This document shows, piece after piece, positions 1 through 11,822 of a DNA stretch of 64,000 bases (position 1 is the first letter of the stretch; each line of letters opens with the position of its first letter). The notes beneath the pieces are model-generated. The model did not search any database. It saw nothing but the letters and a program-made list of their open reading frames with translations, and was not told where the DNA came from. The position numbers and the translations under genes are program-made. The DNA lies in contig OZ242005.1 of assembly GCA_965204725.1 (NCBI GenBank), positions 1,728,001-1,792,000 of the forward strand, given 5' to 3'. This DNA is from Candidatus Latescibacterota bacterium (GTDB lineage Bacteria > Latescibacterota > UBA2968 > UBA8231).

Positions 1-691
1 GCCCGGCAATATCGGCGCTACGGCCCGCGTGCTCAAAACCACCGGCCTAAGCCAGTTGGCCTTGGTCAATCCCGGAGCGTGGGACACGCCGGAAGCGCGC
101 GCCTTTGCCCACGGCGCGGGCGATATTCTCGACGGCAGCCAAGTCTTTTCCAGCCTCGCCGCGGCCGTGGCCGATTGCCATATCGTCGTCGGTACGACCC
201 ATCGGCAGGGCCGCTTCCGCACGGTTACTTCCGCGCCGCACGCCCTGATTGCCCAACTAGCCGCCCAAGCCCATCACCGCCGGGTCGCGCTCGTGTTTGG
301 CCGCGAACGGGACGGCTTGTGGCATGAGGAACTCGCGCTCTGCCAGCAAGTGCTGAGGTTCCCCACGGCCGTGGCCTATCCCTCCCTCAACCTCTCCCAC
401 GCCGTGCTCCTGTTCACCTATGACCTGTATCGAGCGGTGGGAGAAACGCCGCCAGCCCCCGCCGCGCCACTCGCTACGGCCGGCGAGCGCGAGCGCATGG
501 TCGCTCAGATCGTACAAGCCCTTGCCGAGATAGAGTTTACCCCGTACAACAACGAGCCAGATCACTTTGGCCGAGTGCTGCGCCGCTTCTTCAACAAGGT
601 CGAGTTGGAAGTGCGGGATGTGCGGGCAATTCAGACGATATGCGGCCAAATCCGCAAGTTCAGCCGCCGCTATCGCCGCCGGGCCGATTGA
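1..691 (+). CDS. TrmJ/LasT-type SpoU RNA methyltransferase (5'-truncated by window edge)
   Basis: Frame is open from position 2 ([12 protein letters not shown]); SPOUT motifs VFGRERDGL and [10 protein letters not shown]. Confidence 0.88.
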   Translation, partial: PGNIGATARVLKTTGLSQLALVNPGAWDTPEARAFAHGAGDILDGSQVFSSLAAAVADCHIVVGTTHRQGRFRTVTSAPHALIAQLAAQAHHRRVALVFGRERDGLWHEELALCQQVLRFPTAVAYPSLNLSHAVLLFTYDLYRAVGETPPAPAAPLATAGERERMVAQIVQALAEIEFTPYNNEPDHFGRVLRRFFNKVELEVRDVRAIQTICGQIRKFSRRYRRRAD

Positions 692-1653
692 TGGGCCACC
701 TGCTCCAAGTCCGAGTCAACCATCTGCTGGACCATTTCCTCAAAGCCGACCTCGGGTTCCCAACCGAGTTTTTCCCGGGCCTTAGCCGCATCGCCCAACA
801 GGGTATGGACCTCGGCGGGACGCAAAAAGCGCTCATCCACCACCACGTATTGCCGCCAGTCCAAGCCAGCATGCGCAAAGGCGACCTCGCAGAATTCGCC
901 AATGGTGCGAGAGGTGCCCGTGGCGATGACGTAATCGTCGGGCTCGTCCTGCTGGAGCATCATCCACATGGCGCGGACAAAGTCGCTCGCATGGCCCCAA
1001 TCGCGGCGGGCATCGAGGTTGCCGAGGCGTAGCTGTTGGTCTAGCCCGCACTTAATGCGGGCCACGCCGTGCGTGATTTTGCGGGTGACGAATTCGCGCC
1101 CGCGGCGCGGTGACTCGTGATTGAATAGGATGCCCGTACAGGCAAACAGACCGTAGCTCTCGCGGTAGTTGATGGTGATCCAATGCGCGTAGAGCTTGGA
1201 CACTCCGTAGGGCGAGCGCGGATAAAAGGCCGTTTGCTCGTTCTGCGGCGTTTCTTGTGCCTTGCCGAATAGCTCGCTGGTGCTGGCTTGGTAAAAGCGA
1301 ATGTTCTCGTCGCAGGCGCGGATGGCTTCCAAAATCCGCGTCACCCCTAGGCCGGTTACTTCGCCGGTCAACATGGGCTGCTCCCAAGAGACGGGCACAA
1401 AGGACTGGGCCCCTAAGTTGTACACTTCCTGCGGCCGCGCGGCCTGCAACGCCGAAACCAGCGACTTCTGGTCCAGCAGATCGCCGGAGATGAGCTCGAT
1501 TTGGTCCTGCAAATGGCCGATCCGCTCGAAGTTGACGGTGCTGCTGCGGCGGACCAGCCCGAAAACCTCATAGCCCTTTTCTAGCAGCAATTCGGCCAAG
1601 TACGAACCGTCTTGCCCGGTAATGCCGGTAATTACGGCGCGTTTTTGGCTCAT
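670..1653 (-). CDS. gmd: GDP-mannose 4,6-dehydratase
   Basis: [43 protein letters not shown] motifs. Confidence 0.97.
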   Translation of the reverse strand: MSQKRAVITGITGQDGSYLAELLLEKGYEVFGLVRRSSTVNFERIGHLQDQIELISGDLLDQKSLVSALQAARPQEVYNLGAQSFVPVSWEQPMLTGEVTGLGVTRILEAIRACDENIRFYQASTSELFGKAQETPQNEQTAFYPRSPYGVSKLYAHWITINYRESYGLFACTGILFNHESPRRGREFVTRKITHGVARIKCGLDQQLRLGNLDARRDWGHASDFVRAMWMMLQQDEPDDYVIATGTSRTIGEFCEVAFAHAGLDWRQYVVVDERFLRPAEVHTLLGDAAKAREKLGWEPEVGFEEMVQQMVDSDLEQVAHQSARRR

Positions 1654-1654
1654 C

Positions 1655-4507
1655 TCACTCCCCTCGTACGTAAGTTTCTACCGGCGGACAGGAACAGATT
1701 AGGTGGCGATCGCCCTGCGCGTCGTTTAGACGCCCTACGGCCGGCCAGAACTTGCGCTCCAACAGCCAAGGTGCCGGCAACGCGGCAACGGTCCTAGAAT
1801 AGGGCCGGTCCCACTCGTCGGCCAGCACGACATCCACGGGGTGGGGCGCGTGGACGAGCGGGTTGTTGGCGCGGTCCATTTCCCCGGCCGCTACTTGCTG
1901 GATTTCGCCGCCAATGGCGATCATGGCCGCGCAAAATCGGTCCAACTCGGCCTTGGACTCGCTCTCGGTTGGTTCGACCATCAAAGTCCCGGCGACTGGA
2001 AAGGATACCGTGGGCGCGTGGAACCCGTAGTCCATCAATCGCTTGGCTACGTCTTCTACGCCAATGCCGTGCTCTCGCGCCCAGCGCAGGTCGAGGATGC
2101 ACTCGTGCGCTACGCGCCCGGCGCGCCCCTTGTAGAGCACGGGAAAGGAATCCGCGAGGCGGGTACTCAGGTAATTGGCATTGAGGATCGCCACCTGCGT
2201 CGCCTCGGCGAGGCCCGCACCGCCCATCAGCCGCAAGTAAGCCCAAGATATGAGCAGAATTGAGGCACTGCCCCAGGGCGCGGCCGCAATGGGGCCAATC
2301 GATTCAGCACCGCCGGTGGGGACGAGGGGGTGCGAAGGCAAAAACTCCACCAAGTGTTCGGCCACGGCAATGGGGCCCATCCCCGGGCCGCCCCCGCCGT
2401 GGGGGATGCAAAAGGTCTTGTGCAAATTCAAATGGCACACGTCAATGCCGATTTCTCCAGGTCGGCACCATCCCACCAAGGCATTCATGTTGGCACCGTC
2501 CATATAGACCTGACCGCCCGCTTGGTGGACCACCGCGCAGATCTCGCCGATGGCCTCTTCAAAGACCCCGTGGGTTGAGGGGTACGTCACCATGAGGGCT
2601 GCTAGCCGCTCGCGGTGGGCGACCGCCTGCGCCCGCAGGTCTGCCAAGTCGATGTTGCCCTCGGCGTCACAGGCCACGACGACCACGTCCAACCCGGCCA
2701 TGGCCGCGCTCGCTGGGTTCGTCCCATGGGCCGAGGCTGGAATGAGGCAAACGTTCCGCTGGGCCTCCCCGCGCATCCGGTGGTATTTACGCACGATGAG
2801 TAAGCCGGCGTATTCGCCCTGCGAACCGGCGTTGGGTTGCAGCGAAATGCCCTTGAGGCCGGTGATCGCGCGCAGCATGTCCTCCATTTCGGCGAAAACC
2901 GCCGCGTACCCCCGGGCTTGCTCGGCCGGCGCAAACGGATGCAGCCCAGCGAATTCTGGCCAAGTAATCGCCATCATTTCCGCGGTCGCATTGAGCTTCA
3001 TGGTACACGAGCCGAGGGGAATCATCGCGTGGGCTAAGGACAAGTCCTTCGCTTCGAGCCGGCGCATGTAGCGCATCATTTCGGTCTCGGAGTGATGCGA
3101 CGCAAAAATGGGATGCTCCATGAAGCGCGAGCGGCGCGCGTGGACCGGCCCCCAAGCAGGCTCTGCATTGACTTCGGCGGGGAGCTGGCCGTCTAGCAAG
3201 GCGAGGATGGCTTGCAAATCGGCCTGATGGGTTGTTTCGTCGAGGGCCATGCCCCAGTGCCCGTCCCCCAGATCGCGGAAGTTCATCCCCGCAGCCCGCG
3301 CTCGCGCCAACAACTCGTCTGCCCGCGCTCCCACGTCAACGCGCAGGGTGTCGAAGTACTGGTCGTGGACGATTCGGTAGCCGGCTTCTTCTAGCCCGCG
3401 GGCGAGCACCCGCGCTTGGCGATGGATGCGACCGGCCATGCGCCGCAACCCGTCCGGCCCGTGATAGACCGCGTACATGCTCGCCACCACGGCGGGCAAG
3501 ACCTCGGCCGTGCAGATGTTGCTCGTGGCCCGTTCTCGTCTGATGTGCTGTTCGCGGGTTTGCAAGGCCATCCGCAGGGCGGGCTGCCCGCGGACGTCCT
3601 TTGAAACGCCAATGATGCGCCCGGGCACCTGCCGCTGGAACTCGGGTCGCGTCGCCAAAAAGGCGGCGTGCGGACCCCCGTATCCCATGGGCATGCCAAA
3701 GCGCTGCGCGCTGCCGATGGCCGCATCGGCCCCAAATTCCCCGGGGGGCCGCAGCAAACACAGGGCGAGCAAATCAACCGCCACGCACACGAGGGTCTGC
3801 TGGGCGTGCGCCCGAGCGCAGAACTCGGCGTAGTCGTATAGAGCACCATCGGAGGCCGGGTATTGGAGCAAGGCGGCAAAGGCCCCGGCCGCAAAATCCC
3901 ACTCGCGATGATCGCCGACTACAACCTCCCACCCCCGCGACTCGGCCCGGACCTCAACCACCGCTATGGTTTGCGGATGGCAGGCCGACGACACAAAGAC
4001 GCGCTGGCTCGCGTTGTTCTTTTGCACGGCCCGCAACATGGACAGAGCTTCGGCCGCGGCCGTGGCTTCGTCCAACAAGGAGGCATTGGCCAAGGCAAAA
4101 CCCGTTAGGTCGCCGACCATGGTCTGGAAGTTGAGCAGGGCTTCGAGCCGACCTTGGGCGATTTCGGACTGATAGGGCGTGTACTGGGTGTACCAGCCTG
4201 GGTTTTCCAAGATGTTGCGCTGAATCACCGGCGGGGTTATGCAGTCTGAGTAGCCCAAGCCGATAAAGCTGCGGGCTAGGCGATTCTGGCCGGCCAATGC
4301 GCGCAACCGCCCCAGCAGCTCGTACTCGCTGATGCCTTCTCCTAGCCCTAGGGGGCCTTGCATCCGAATCGCCGCCGGTAGGGCCTCGTCCATGAGGTCG
4401 TCCAAACTGGTGGACCCCACGGCCTTGAGCATGGCGGCTACGTCTGCGGCCGTAGGGCCGATGTGCCGGCGGACAAAAGCATCCCTAGGTTCAAGTTCGT
4501 CGCTCAT
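1655..4507 (-). CDS. gcvP: Glycine dehydrogenase (glycine cleavage P protein, single chain)
   Basis: [43 protein letters not shown]-lysine motif; 950 aa. Confidence 0.98.
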   Translation of the reverse strand: MSDELEPRDAFVRRHIGPTAADVAAMLKAVGSTSLDDLMDEALPAAIRMQGPLGLGEGISEYELLGRLRALAGQNRLARSFIGLGYSDCITPPVIQRNILENPGWYTQYTPYQSEIAQGRLEALLNFQTMVGDLTGFALANASLLDEATAAAEALSMLRAVQKNNASQRVFVSSACHPQTIAVVEVRAESRGWEVVVGDHREWDFAAGAFAALLQYPASDGALYDYAEFCARAHAQQTLVCVAVDLLALCLLRPPGEFGADAAIGSAQRFGMPMGYGGPHAAFLATRPEFQRQVPGRIIGVSKDVRGQPALRMALQTREQHIRRERATSNICTAEVLPAVVASMYAVYHGPDGLRRMAGRIHRQARVLARGLEEAGYRIVHDQYFDTLRVDVGARADELLARARAAGMNFRDLGDGHWGMALDETTHQADLQAILALLDGQLPAEVNAEPAWGPVHARRSRFMEHPIFASHHSETEMMRYMRRLEAKDLSLAHAMIPLGSCTMKLNATAEMMAITWPEFAGLHPFAPAEQARGYAAVFAEMEDMLRAITGLKGISLQPNAGSQGEYAGLLIVRKYHRMRGEAQRNVCLIPASAHGTNPASAAMAGLDVVVVACDAEGNIDLADLRAQAVAHRERLAALMVTYPSTHGVFEEAIGEICAVVHQAGGQVYMDGANMNALVGWCRPGEIGIDVCHLNLHKTFCIPHGGGGPGMGPIAVAEHLVEFLPSHPLVPTGGAESIGPIAAAPWGSASILLISWAYLRLMGGAGLAEATQVAILNANYLSTRLADSFPVLYKGRAGRVAHECILDLRWAREHGIGVEDVAKRLMDYGFHAPTVSFPVAGTLMVEPTESESKAELDRFCAAMIAIGGEIQQVAAGEMDRANNPLVHAPHPVDVVLADEWDRPYSRTVAALPAPWLLERKFWPAVGRLNDAQGDRHLICSCPPVETYVRGE

Positions 4508-4509
4508 GC

Positions 4510-5619
4510 TCAGTCCTTTTTAAGGCCCGCAGGCACAAAGGGCCGCTTGACCACCACGGCGGCTTGCTGCTTGCCCTTCATGCCGATGTACACGCGGGTT
4601 CCTATTTTTTGGGCTCCGCGCTGTAGGTAGGCCAGTCCGATGCCCTGTTTGAGCACCGGCGAGTGCGTCCCGCTGGTCACGGTCCCCACCGGCTCCCCGC
4701 GCTGGTCGAAAACCGGATAATCCGGCCGGGGAATGCCCCTTTCCAGCAGGCGGAAGCCGCGCAGGCGGCGATAGCCTCCAGCCGTGCGCAGCACCCGCAG
4801 GGCCTCGGCCCCGACAAAATTCGCCTCTTTTTCGAGGTCTAGTGCCCAAGCCAAACCCGCTTCTAAGGGGGTCGTCTGTTCGTTCAACTCGCGGCCATAC
4901 AGGCAAAACCCCATCTCGAGGCGCAAGGTGTCGCGGGCGCCGAGTCCACAAGGCCGGGCACCGGCCGCACGGAGCTCGGCCCACAGCGCGGCGACTTGGT
5001 CGGCCGGGCATATAATCTCAAACCCGTCTTCTCCTGTGTAGCCATTGCGGCTGAGCACCCCGCGGATCCCGGCGATCTCCATCTCCGCGCAGCGATAGTA
5101 CCCCAGTGCCACGCTCGTCGGTCCAGCGAGTGCTTCAACTAAGGCGGCGGCCTGTGGCCCCTGTACCGCGACCATGCCCTGTTCATCGCTCAAGTCCTCA
5201 ATTTGCACATCCGACCAACCCGCTGCCCGCGCGGTAATCCACTGCCAGTCCGCCGCCTTCCGGCTCGCGTTGACCACCAAGCGGTACTCCTGCTGGGCGA
5301 GCCGATAGACCACCAGATCATCTACGCATCCGCCCTGTTCATTGCACAGGGGCGCGTAGAGCATCTGGCCGATGGTCAATTCGCGGACCCGCGCTGGTAA
5401 GAGGCGGTCGAGAAAGGCTAAAGCGCGCGCCCCGGAAACGGCTATTCGACCCATGTGCGATATGTCGAACAGGCCGACCGCTCGCCGCACCGCCCAATGT
5501 TCGCTGCGGATGCCCTCGAACTGAACCGGCATTTCCCACCCGCCAAAGGGCACCATGCGCCCGCCTTCGGCCACGGCCACCTCATAGAGCGGCGTCCGCC
5601 GCAAGCGTTCATTCGTCAT
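4510..5619 (-). CDS. gcvT: Glycine cleavage aminomethyltransferase T
   Basis: [41 protein letters not shown]. Confidence 0.97.
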   Translation of the reverse strand: MTNERLRRTPLYEVAVAEGGRMVPFGGWEMPVQFEGIRSEHWAVRRAVGLFDISHMGRIAVSGARALAFLDRLLPARVRELTIGQMLYAPLCNEQGGCVDDLVVYRLAQQEYRLVVNASRKAADWQWITARAAGWSDVQIEDLSDEQGMVAVQGPQAAALVEALAGPTSVALGYYRCAEMEIAGIRGVLSRNGYTGEDGFEIICPADQVAALWAELRAAGARPCGLGARDTLRLEMGFCLYGRELNEQTTPLEAGLAWALDLEKEANFVGAEALRVLRTAGGYRRLRGFRLLERGIPRPDYPVFDQRGEPVGTVTSGTHSPVLKQGIGLAYLQRGAQKIGTRVYIGMKGKQQAAVVVKRPFVPAGLKKD

Positions 5620-6235
5620 GGCGGTTCAACTCGGCCCACAGGGCTTCGGCTTGCTCGGCGAGCGCGGCCAAGCCCTTGTTGTTGTCGATGACAAAGTCGG
5701 CGCGGGCCTTTTTTTGGCGCGGATCCATCTGGCGGGCCATCCGCTGCCGAACCTCGCACACCGGCAAGCCGCTGCGCTTTTGCACCCTCAACACGCATCG
5801 TTCCTCCTCAGCATCAACGACCGCAATTCGGTCAAAGTTCCCCTCGTTTCCCCACTCGTATATCAGCGGCGCGTCAAATGCCACGATCCCCCCAGCGGCT
5901 TCCGCCACGGCCTGCGCCAGCCGGCACTGGATGGCCGCTTCGAGTGGCGGCCGCATAATCGCCTCTAACCGCTGGCTCGCCTCGGCCGATCGCAGGGCGC
6001 GACGCCCCAACTCTCGGCGATTCAAGCACCCGTCTGGCCCGAGTATATCGCGGCCGAACGCCGCTTGCAGGTTTTCTAGTACCGCTGGAATGGTCGCCAC
6101 TTCGCGCGCTACCTCGTCGGCATCGACCCGCAGGGCACCCAACTCGGCGAGCATCTGTGCCAGTGCGGACTTGCCCGCGCCCATGCCGCCGGTAATGCCT
6201 ACGAGCATCCGCACTCGGGGGCCGGGGTTGAGCAA
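5609..6235 (-). CDS. coaE: Dephospho-CoA kinase
   Basis: GITGGMGAGKS P-loop, DAD, DAPLIYE, ADFVIDN. Confidence 0.93.
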   Translation of the reverse strand: MLNPGPRVRMLVGITGGMGAGKSALAQMLAELGALRVDADEVAREVATIPAVLENLQAAFGRDILGPDGCLNRRELGRRALRSAEASQRLEAIMRPPLEAAIQCRLAQAVAEAAGGIVAFDAPLIYEWGNEGNFDRIAVVDAEEERCVLRVQKRSGLPVCEVRQRMARQMDPRQKKARADFVIDNNKGLAALAEQAEALWAELNRHDE

Positions 6236-6429
6236 CAGAACTTGAAGAATCGCACCACTATGCCTAGCAATGAATTGAGGAAGGACCTTCGGTCGCTGGA
6301 ACGGGGCAAAATGTACCGTGCCGCCCCTGCGCGGTCAACCGATCGGAGCGCTGCCCATTGACACTATATGGAGCATCGCCTATAGTCCATTAACTAGCGA
6401 GTAGCCCCCTTCTAACGACAGAATAGCAG

Positions 6430-7035
6430 ATGGCCATCGTACCCGTAGTAATCGAACAGACCGGCCGCGGCGAGCGCGCCTACGACATCTTCTCCCGCCT
6501 CCTCAAGGAGCGGATCATCTTCATCAGCACCCCGATTGACGACCGCGAAGCCAACCTCGTCATCGCCCAGTTGCTCTTTCTAATCTCGGAAGATCCCAAC
6601 AAAGACATTTCGCTCTACATCAACAGCCCCGGCGGCAGCCTCACGGCTGGCTTGGCCATCTACGACACCATGCAGTACGTTCCCTGCGACGTAGCGACGC
6701 TGTGCATCGGCCAAGCGTACAGCATGAGCGCGATCCTCCTCGCGGGCGGGACCAAAGGCAAGCGCCACGCCCTAGCTCATTCTCGGCTCATGCTGCACCA
6801 GCCTTGGGGAGGGGTCCGCGGCCAAGCGGCCGATATTGAAATCCACGCCCGCGAAATCGTCGAGTGGCGCGCCCGGCTCAACCAGATCTTAGTCCAAGAT
6901 ACCGGCCAGCCGCTCGAGCGCATCGAGTTGGTCACCGAGCGCAATTACTTTCTTTCGCCGGCCGAGGCCATCGACTTCGGCCTAATCGACGGCCTGCTGA
7001 CATCCGAACAAGAGCTGGCCGCCCTCGCCGGCTAA
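6430..7035 (+). CDS. clpP: Clp protease proteolytic subunit (Asn at the catalytic Asp position)
   Basis: [29 protein letters not shown]; TERN in place of TERD. Confidence 0.95.
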   Translation: MAIVPVVIEQTGRGERAYDIFSRLLKERIIFISTPIDDREANLVIAQLLFLISEDPNKDISLYINSPGGSLTAGLAIYDTMQYVPCDVATLCIGQAYSMSAILLAGGTKGKRHALAHSRLMLHQPWGGVRGQAADIEIHAREIVEWRARLNQILVQDTGQPLERIELVTERNYFLSPAEAIDFGLIDGLLTSEQELAALAG

Positions 7036-8321
7036 TGTCCCAGCGGAAAGGCGATCACCTCGTCTAAGCAAGACGCGCCGGCAACGACCATGACCAACCG
7101 GTCCAACCCCAAGGCCACGCCACCCGCCGGCGGAATACCCCGCTCCATCGCCGCGAGAAACGCCTCGTCGGCCGGTGCGCCCCCCGGCTGTGCCCCCCGC
7201 GCAAAGCGCGCGCGCTGTTGGGCTGGGTCGTTTAACTCGGTATAACCGTTTGATAACTCCACCCCGCCCAAGTACGCTTCCGTTCTCTCGGCTACAGCCG
7301 GGTCGCCTTCTTTTAGTTTAGCCAAGGCGGCTAACGGCCGAGGATAATCGAAAAGGTGGACCGCCCCGAGTTTAGCCAATTCTGGCTCGACTTTTTCCAG
7401 CAGAATTTTGTGGTATAGGTCCTGCCAACGGTCCTCTCGTCTAGTGCTGCCATAGCCTAGGGCCTGGGCGCGGCGAAACAGCACTTCCGCGCTGGCACAC
7501 GCATCCAAATCAACCGCAGCCCAGCGCATAAAGGCCGCGCGGACGCTGATCCGCTCCCACGGCGGCTGCACGTCGATCGCCCGCCCTTGTCGGACTACGC
7601 TCGGCCGCCCTAAGACGCTTTCCACCACATAAGCGACCAAGTTTTCGACATCGGCCATGATTTCCTCGTAACTGGCGTACGCTCGATACCATTCGATTAG
7701 GGTAAATTCGGGGTTGTGTTGCGGCCCGCTCTCCCCATTGCGGTACGAGCGGCTAATCTGGTAAATCCGCTCAAAGCCCACCCCTAGCAGCCGCTTCATG
7801 TACAGCTCGGGCGAGGGGGCGAGGTAAAGCGGTTCGCGCACCTTATGCCCTTGGTATTCCGTGGCGAACAGCTGTATGTGTTCCTCTTGCGCCGAGGCGC
7901 GCACCAACGTGGGCGTCTCCACCGCGAGGAAGTTCGCAGCCCGAAAAAAACCGTGGACGGCGTCTAACACGGCGGCCCGCACTCGCAGGTTAGCCCCCAG
8001 CCTGTTGGCGTGGAACCGCGCCCAATCTCCCCGCTGCCATGCCGCCTCGCTAGGGGCTAATAAACGAATTTGATTGACAACGATAACTCCTTCTACAACA
8101 ATCCCATATAACTCGACTATGTCTCCGGCTTGTACCCCTTCTGCCCGCGTCTTCACGACGAGATCAACCGCTCCGCTCTCGTCGGCTATTCTGCCCCGAC
8201 CAGCCGCGAAGTGGAGGAGCCGTCCCCGCACAGCCACTTCCCCGACCGCGCTGGCCGTGCTGGCCGCAGGCTGGTGCCGCCACAGCACCCGCGCTGGATA
8301 GTCCCTAGACTTAGACTGCAT
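7032..8321 (-). CDS. epmA: EF-P lysine aminoacylase EpmA/GenX with N-terminal OB-fold-like extension
   Basis: [54 protein letters not shown]; ~100 aa extra N-terminus. Confidence 0.85.
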   Translation of the reverse strand: MQSKSRDYPARVLWRHQPAASTASAVGEVAVRGRLLHFAAGRGRIADESGAVDLVVKTRAEGVQAGDIVELYGIVVEGVIVVNQIRLLAPSEAAWQRGDWARFHANRLGANLRVRAAVLDAVHGFFRAANFLAVETPTLVRASAQEEHIQLFATEYQGHKVREPLYLAPSPELYMKRLLGVGFERIYQISRSYRNGESGPQHNPEFTLIEWYRAYASYEEIMADVENLVAYVVESVLGRPSVVRQGRAIDVQPPWERISVRAAFMRWAAVDLDACASAEVLFRRAQALGYGSTRREDRWQDLYHKILLEKVEPELAKLGAVHLFDYPRPLAALAKLKEGDPAVAERTEAYLGGVELSNGYTELNDPAQQRARFARGAQPGGAPADEAFLAAMERGIPPAGGVALGLDRLVMVVAGASCLDEVIAFPLGH

Positions 8322-8332
8322 GGCATTTTTCC

Positions 8333-8377
8333 AAAAAAAAACCCTTCTCGACCAGCGCGGTCGCTGGCTGAGAAGGG
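8333..8377 (-). terminator. Rho-independent terminator after clpX
   Basis: CCCTTCTC..CCAGC/GCTGG..GAGAAGGG stem followed on the - strand by a long U tract. Confidence 0.7.
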
Positions 8378-8410
8378 ACCTAGTGAAAGCTCAAAACCCT
8401 AATTTGGCGA

Positions 8411-9637
8411 TCAAGCCCGCTTCTTGTTGTACACGAAGGTTGGCGGGGCCTTGTTTTCGATGAACTCCTTGGTAATGACGCATTCGGCGACGTCGTCGCG
8501 GGCCGGGAGGTCGAACATGATCTCAAACATGACGGTTTCTAAGACCGCCCGCAGACCGCGTGCGCCCATCTCTTTTTCTTGGGTCAATTCGACGACCTTC
8601 TCCAGGGCCTCCTCTTCAAACCGCAGGGCCATGCCGTCCATTTCAAACAGCTTCTGGTACTGCTTGACGAGTGCGTTGCGCGGCTTGAGCAGGATGTCCA
8701 TTAGTGCCTGATCGCTGAGGGGGTGCAAGATACCCGCCACTGGCAAGCGACCAATCAACTCGGGAATTAGGCCGTACTGGATCAGTTCTTCGGGTTCGAC
8801 GCGCGCCAACAGATTGGCCCCGTCCATTTCCTCGCGGTCGTCGAGCGGGCTGCCAAAACCTATGGACTTGGTTCCGATGCGCTGGCTGATAATTTTGTCC
8901 AGCCCATCGAAAGCCCCCCCGCAAATAAAGAGAATGTTTTTGGTATTTATTTGGACCAAAGGCTGTTCGGGGTGCTTGCGCCCACCCTTGGGAGGCACTC
9001 CCGACACCGTCCCCTCTAAAATTTTGAGGAGTTCCTGTTGGACGCCCTCGCCTGAAACATCGCGGGTTATGGAGGGATTGCCGGATTTGCGGGCGACTTT
9101 GTCCAGCTCGTCGATAAACAAGATCCCGCGCTCGGCTTGTTTGACATCGTAATCCGCGGCTTGGAGAAGCCGCACGAGGATGTTTTCCACATCCTCGCCT
9201 ACGTACCCAGCCTCGGTGAGGACGGTGGCATCGACGATGGCAAAGGGCACTTGTAGTACGCGCGCCAACGTCTCCGCCAAAAGCGTCTTGCCCACTCCGG
9301 TGGGGCCGATGAGCAGGATATTGCTCTTGCTGAGCTGAACATCTGCAACGCCGGAATGCACCCGCTTGTAGTGATTGTACACGGCGACCGCGAGGGCTTT
9401 TTTGGCGCGTTCTTGACCGATAATATGCGCGTCGAGGTGGGCCTTGATTTCAGCCGGCTTGGGCAAGGGACGACCGTTGAGACTGAGCTCGTGTTTGTCG
9501 TCCTCTGCCAGCACCTCGTTGCACAGGCCAATGCACTCACTGCATATATACACCGAAGGCCCCTGAATAACCTTCTCTACTTGATCGCTTCCCTTGCCGC
9601 AGAACGAACAGGCTGTATCAGGCGTTTTTTTACCCAT
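8411..9637 (-). CDS. clpX: ATP-dependent Clp protease ATP-binding subunit
   Basis: CSFC zinc finger, [34 protein letters not shown] loop. Confidence 0.98.
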   Translation of the reverse strand: MGKKTPDTACSFCGKGSDQVEKVIQGPSVYICSECIGLCNEVLAEDDKHELSLNGRPLPKPAEIKAHLDAHIIGQERAKKALAVAVYNHYKRVHSGVADVQLSKSNILLIGPTGVGKTLLAETLARVLQVPFAIVDATVLTEAGYVGEDVENILVRLLQAADYDVKQAERGILFIDELDKVARKSGNPSITRDVSGEGVQQELLKILEGTVSGVPPKGGRKHPEQPLVQINTKNILFICGGAFDGLDKIISQRIGTKSIGFGSPLDDREEMDGANLLARVEPEELIQYGLIPELIGRLPVAGILHPLSDQALMDILLKPRNALVKQYQKLFEMDGMALRFEEEALEKVVELTQEKEMGARGLRAVLETVMFEIMFDLPARDDVAECVITKEFIENKAPPTFVYNKKRA

Positions 9638-9643
9638 CTTCCC

Positions 9644-10270
9644 CTACGACTGACCGCCCTCGTCGTCTTGGGGGGGCGCCGCGCTGTCTTCGCTGTCCGC
9701 GGCGTCGCCGTTGGCGTTTTCAGCCTCCCCGGTTTCGTCGAGAGGCCCGGTCGCGGTTGCCGCGGCGGTCTCCTCCTCGGCCTTGTCTTGGCCGGCCTTC
9801 ATCACGTTGATGGCCTGAAACCCCTTGGCAGTGCGGGTCACCATGAACTGCACTTCGTCGTCTTGGCTTAAGCTCCGTTCCCAAGATGAAATGTCGCGCC
9901 AGTGGACAAAGACATCGACATGGCTATCTGTAGAAATAAAACCATATCCCTTATCGTTGTTAAACCACTTGACTACGCCTGTTGTCCACTTGTTTTCCTC
10001 TAGGGCGCGGCGCTCATGCGTCGGGGGGCCGCTCTCCGCAGTGCCGGGGAGCGGGCGAGGCGGCTGTTTCTTTCCCTCACTCTCCAGAACGCGGGCGAGT
10101 ACGTCTTGCTTGAGCCCTTGGCCCCCCTCGGCCCCTTGCGCTATCCACTCGACAGCCGTCATCATACCTATGACGTAAGGACTATCGTTGCCATAGAGCT
10201 TGCGGGCATCTCCTATGCGTTGAGCCAGTTCGCTCACCACCGTGCTTTCTAAATGTATTGAACTACCCAA
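9644..10270 (-). CDS. Cold-shock domain protein with N-terminal extension and acidic tail
   Basis: GVVKWFNNDKGYGFI (RNP1) and DVFVHW (RNP2) in the middle of a 208-aa ORF. Confidence 0.85.
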   Translation of the reverse strand: MGSSIHLESTVVSELAQRIGDARKLYGNDSPYVIGMMTAVEWIAQGAEGGQGLKQDVLARVLESEGKKQPPRPLPGTAESGPPTHERRALEENKWTTGVVKWFNNDKGYGFISTDSHVDVFVHWRDISSWERSLSQDDEVQFMVTRTAKGFQAINVMKAGQDKAEEETAAATATGPLDETGEAENANGDAADSEDSAAPPQDDEGGQS

Positions 10271-10367
10271 TGTAATCTACTCCTCCTACCCCTTAAAGGG
10301 CCTTAAATGCCTCTTAGCGAAGTGTGGGATATGAGACGATGTAGTTAAGCACATCTATATAGGTTTG

Positions 10368-11759
10368 TCAACCTACTCTAAATCGGTATTGCTTGACCCC
10401 TTCGTAGATGGTTTGGACGCTCACTTTCGCGATGCCCGTGAGCGGTACGGCGATCAGCATCCCGACGATGCCCATTAACTGGCTTCCCACCATGACGACA
10501 AAGAGGACGACTAAAGGGTGCAACTCAACGCTTTTGGCCACCATTGTCGGTTGAATGAGTACGTTGTCGATCAGTTGAATGACCAAGAACATAACGATCA
10601 CTTTGGTCACCATCGCCAAACCCCCGCCGGTAGCCAAGGCCACAATCGACGAGCAGACGATCCCGATCAAGGGCCCGAGATATGGGATTACGTTGGCCAA
10701 CCCGGCGAGTATCCCCAGAGGCAGAGCATAATAGACGCCGATAATGGACAAGCCGCTAACGGAGAGCGTCGATACGAGGAGGACCGCCAAAAGCTGGCCG
10801 CGGATATAATTCCCGATCTGTTTATTGGCTTGATACATTAGGTTTAGGCACAATTCAAAATAGGCGTTGGGCACCAAGGCCATCAGGCACCGCGTCAAGC
10901 GCCGCCCCTCTTTGAGGAAGAAGAACGCCACAAACGGCACGAGCACCGCAAAAGTAAGGCCCGAGATCACGCCCTCGATAAACATGGTAGTGCCCCCCAA
11001 CATGGTCTTTAGCAGCCGCTCGCCGTACTCCCGGATCAACTCCGCGAGACGGAAATCACTTCCCAAATAAGGCTGTAGCATAGGCTCAATTTTTGAAGCC
11101 CTAGCGCTGGTTTCCGTTAGGATCCTATCGCCGATTTCCACCAAGACGTTGGGAGCCGCCTCGCCAAAGCCAATATCGGTGCGCGAAAACGCAACGGACC
11201 TCGGGCTTTCGCCGGCCGCTTGGCCGCCGGCGACCAAACCGCTATTGCCGTGGACGCTGATGCGCTGGCGGTACTCGGCCTTGCCCTGCGAGTACTCGAT
11301 CAAGAGCGCGTTTGCGGCCGGTGCGTGGTCCTTGGGAACAAAGCGAAGGTGAACTGCCAACTCCTCCATAGGAGCAATTTCTAGCGGCCAGCGGTATTCC
11401 CCTCTTAGACTAAACGGCTGTTCCCGCGAGTCGTCTTCCCAAGCTATCCTTTGGATACTCAGGAGTTTATCTCCGGTGTTGGCGATGGTAAAAACCCTAT
11501 CGACCGTTTCTCCGGTCAGCTTATCGCCAACCTTGAATACGCCTAGCCCCAATCCGGCGAAAACGAGCGAAAAGACGAGGAGGGTACTCCAAACCCGCCC
11601 CAACCCCTTTCTCTCCAGCCAATCGATGATTGGGTGAAGGACATAGGCCAAGACGAACGCCAAAACAAACGGAGTGAGAATTCCGCGAATCTCGTATAGA
11701 AACCACCCGACAGCCGCTAGGGCCACCAAGCCGACTGCGACTTTAAGTTGCCAATTCAT
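10368..11759 (-). CDS. AI-2E (PerM) family transporter with inserted Ig-like domain
   Basis: PFVLAFVLAYVLHP, YIRGQLL, IPYLGP, LHPLVVL; soluble insert FTIANTG...LEIAP...LRFVP. Confidence 0.85.
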   Translation of the reverse strand: MNWQLKVAVGLVALAAVGWFLYEIRGILTPFVLAFVLAYVLHPIIDWLERKGLGRVWSTLLVFSLVFAGLGLGVFKVGDKLTGETVDRVFTIANTGDKLLSIQRIAWEDDSREQPFSLRGEYRWPLEIAPMEELAVHLRFVPKDHAPAANALLIEYSQGKAEYRQRISVHGNSGLVAGGQAAGESPRSVAFSRTDIGFGEAAPNVLVEIGDRILTETSARASKIEPMLQPYLGSDFRLAELIREYGERLLKTMLGGTTMFIEGVISGLTFAVLVPFVAFFFLKEGRRLTRCLMALVPNAYFELCLNLMYQANKQIGNYIRGQLLAVLLVSTLSVSGLSIIGVYYALPLGILAGLANVIPYLGPLIGIVCSSIVALATGGGLAMVTKVIVMFLVIQLIDNVLIQPTMVAKSVELHPLVVLFVVMVGSQLMGIVGMLIAVPLTGIAKVSVQTIYEGVKQYRFRVG

Positions 11760-11822
11760 TGTAATTACCTGCTCTGCTCGCCGCGCCTCTCTTACTCTTA
11801 ACAGGGGCGCGAGGATCCGCAG

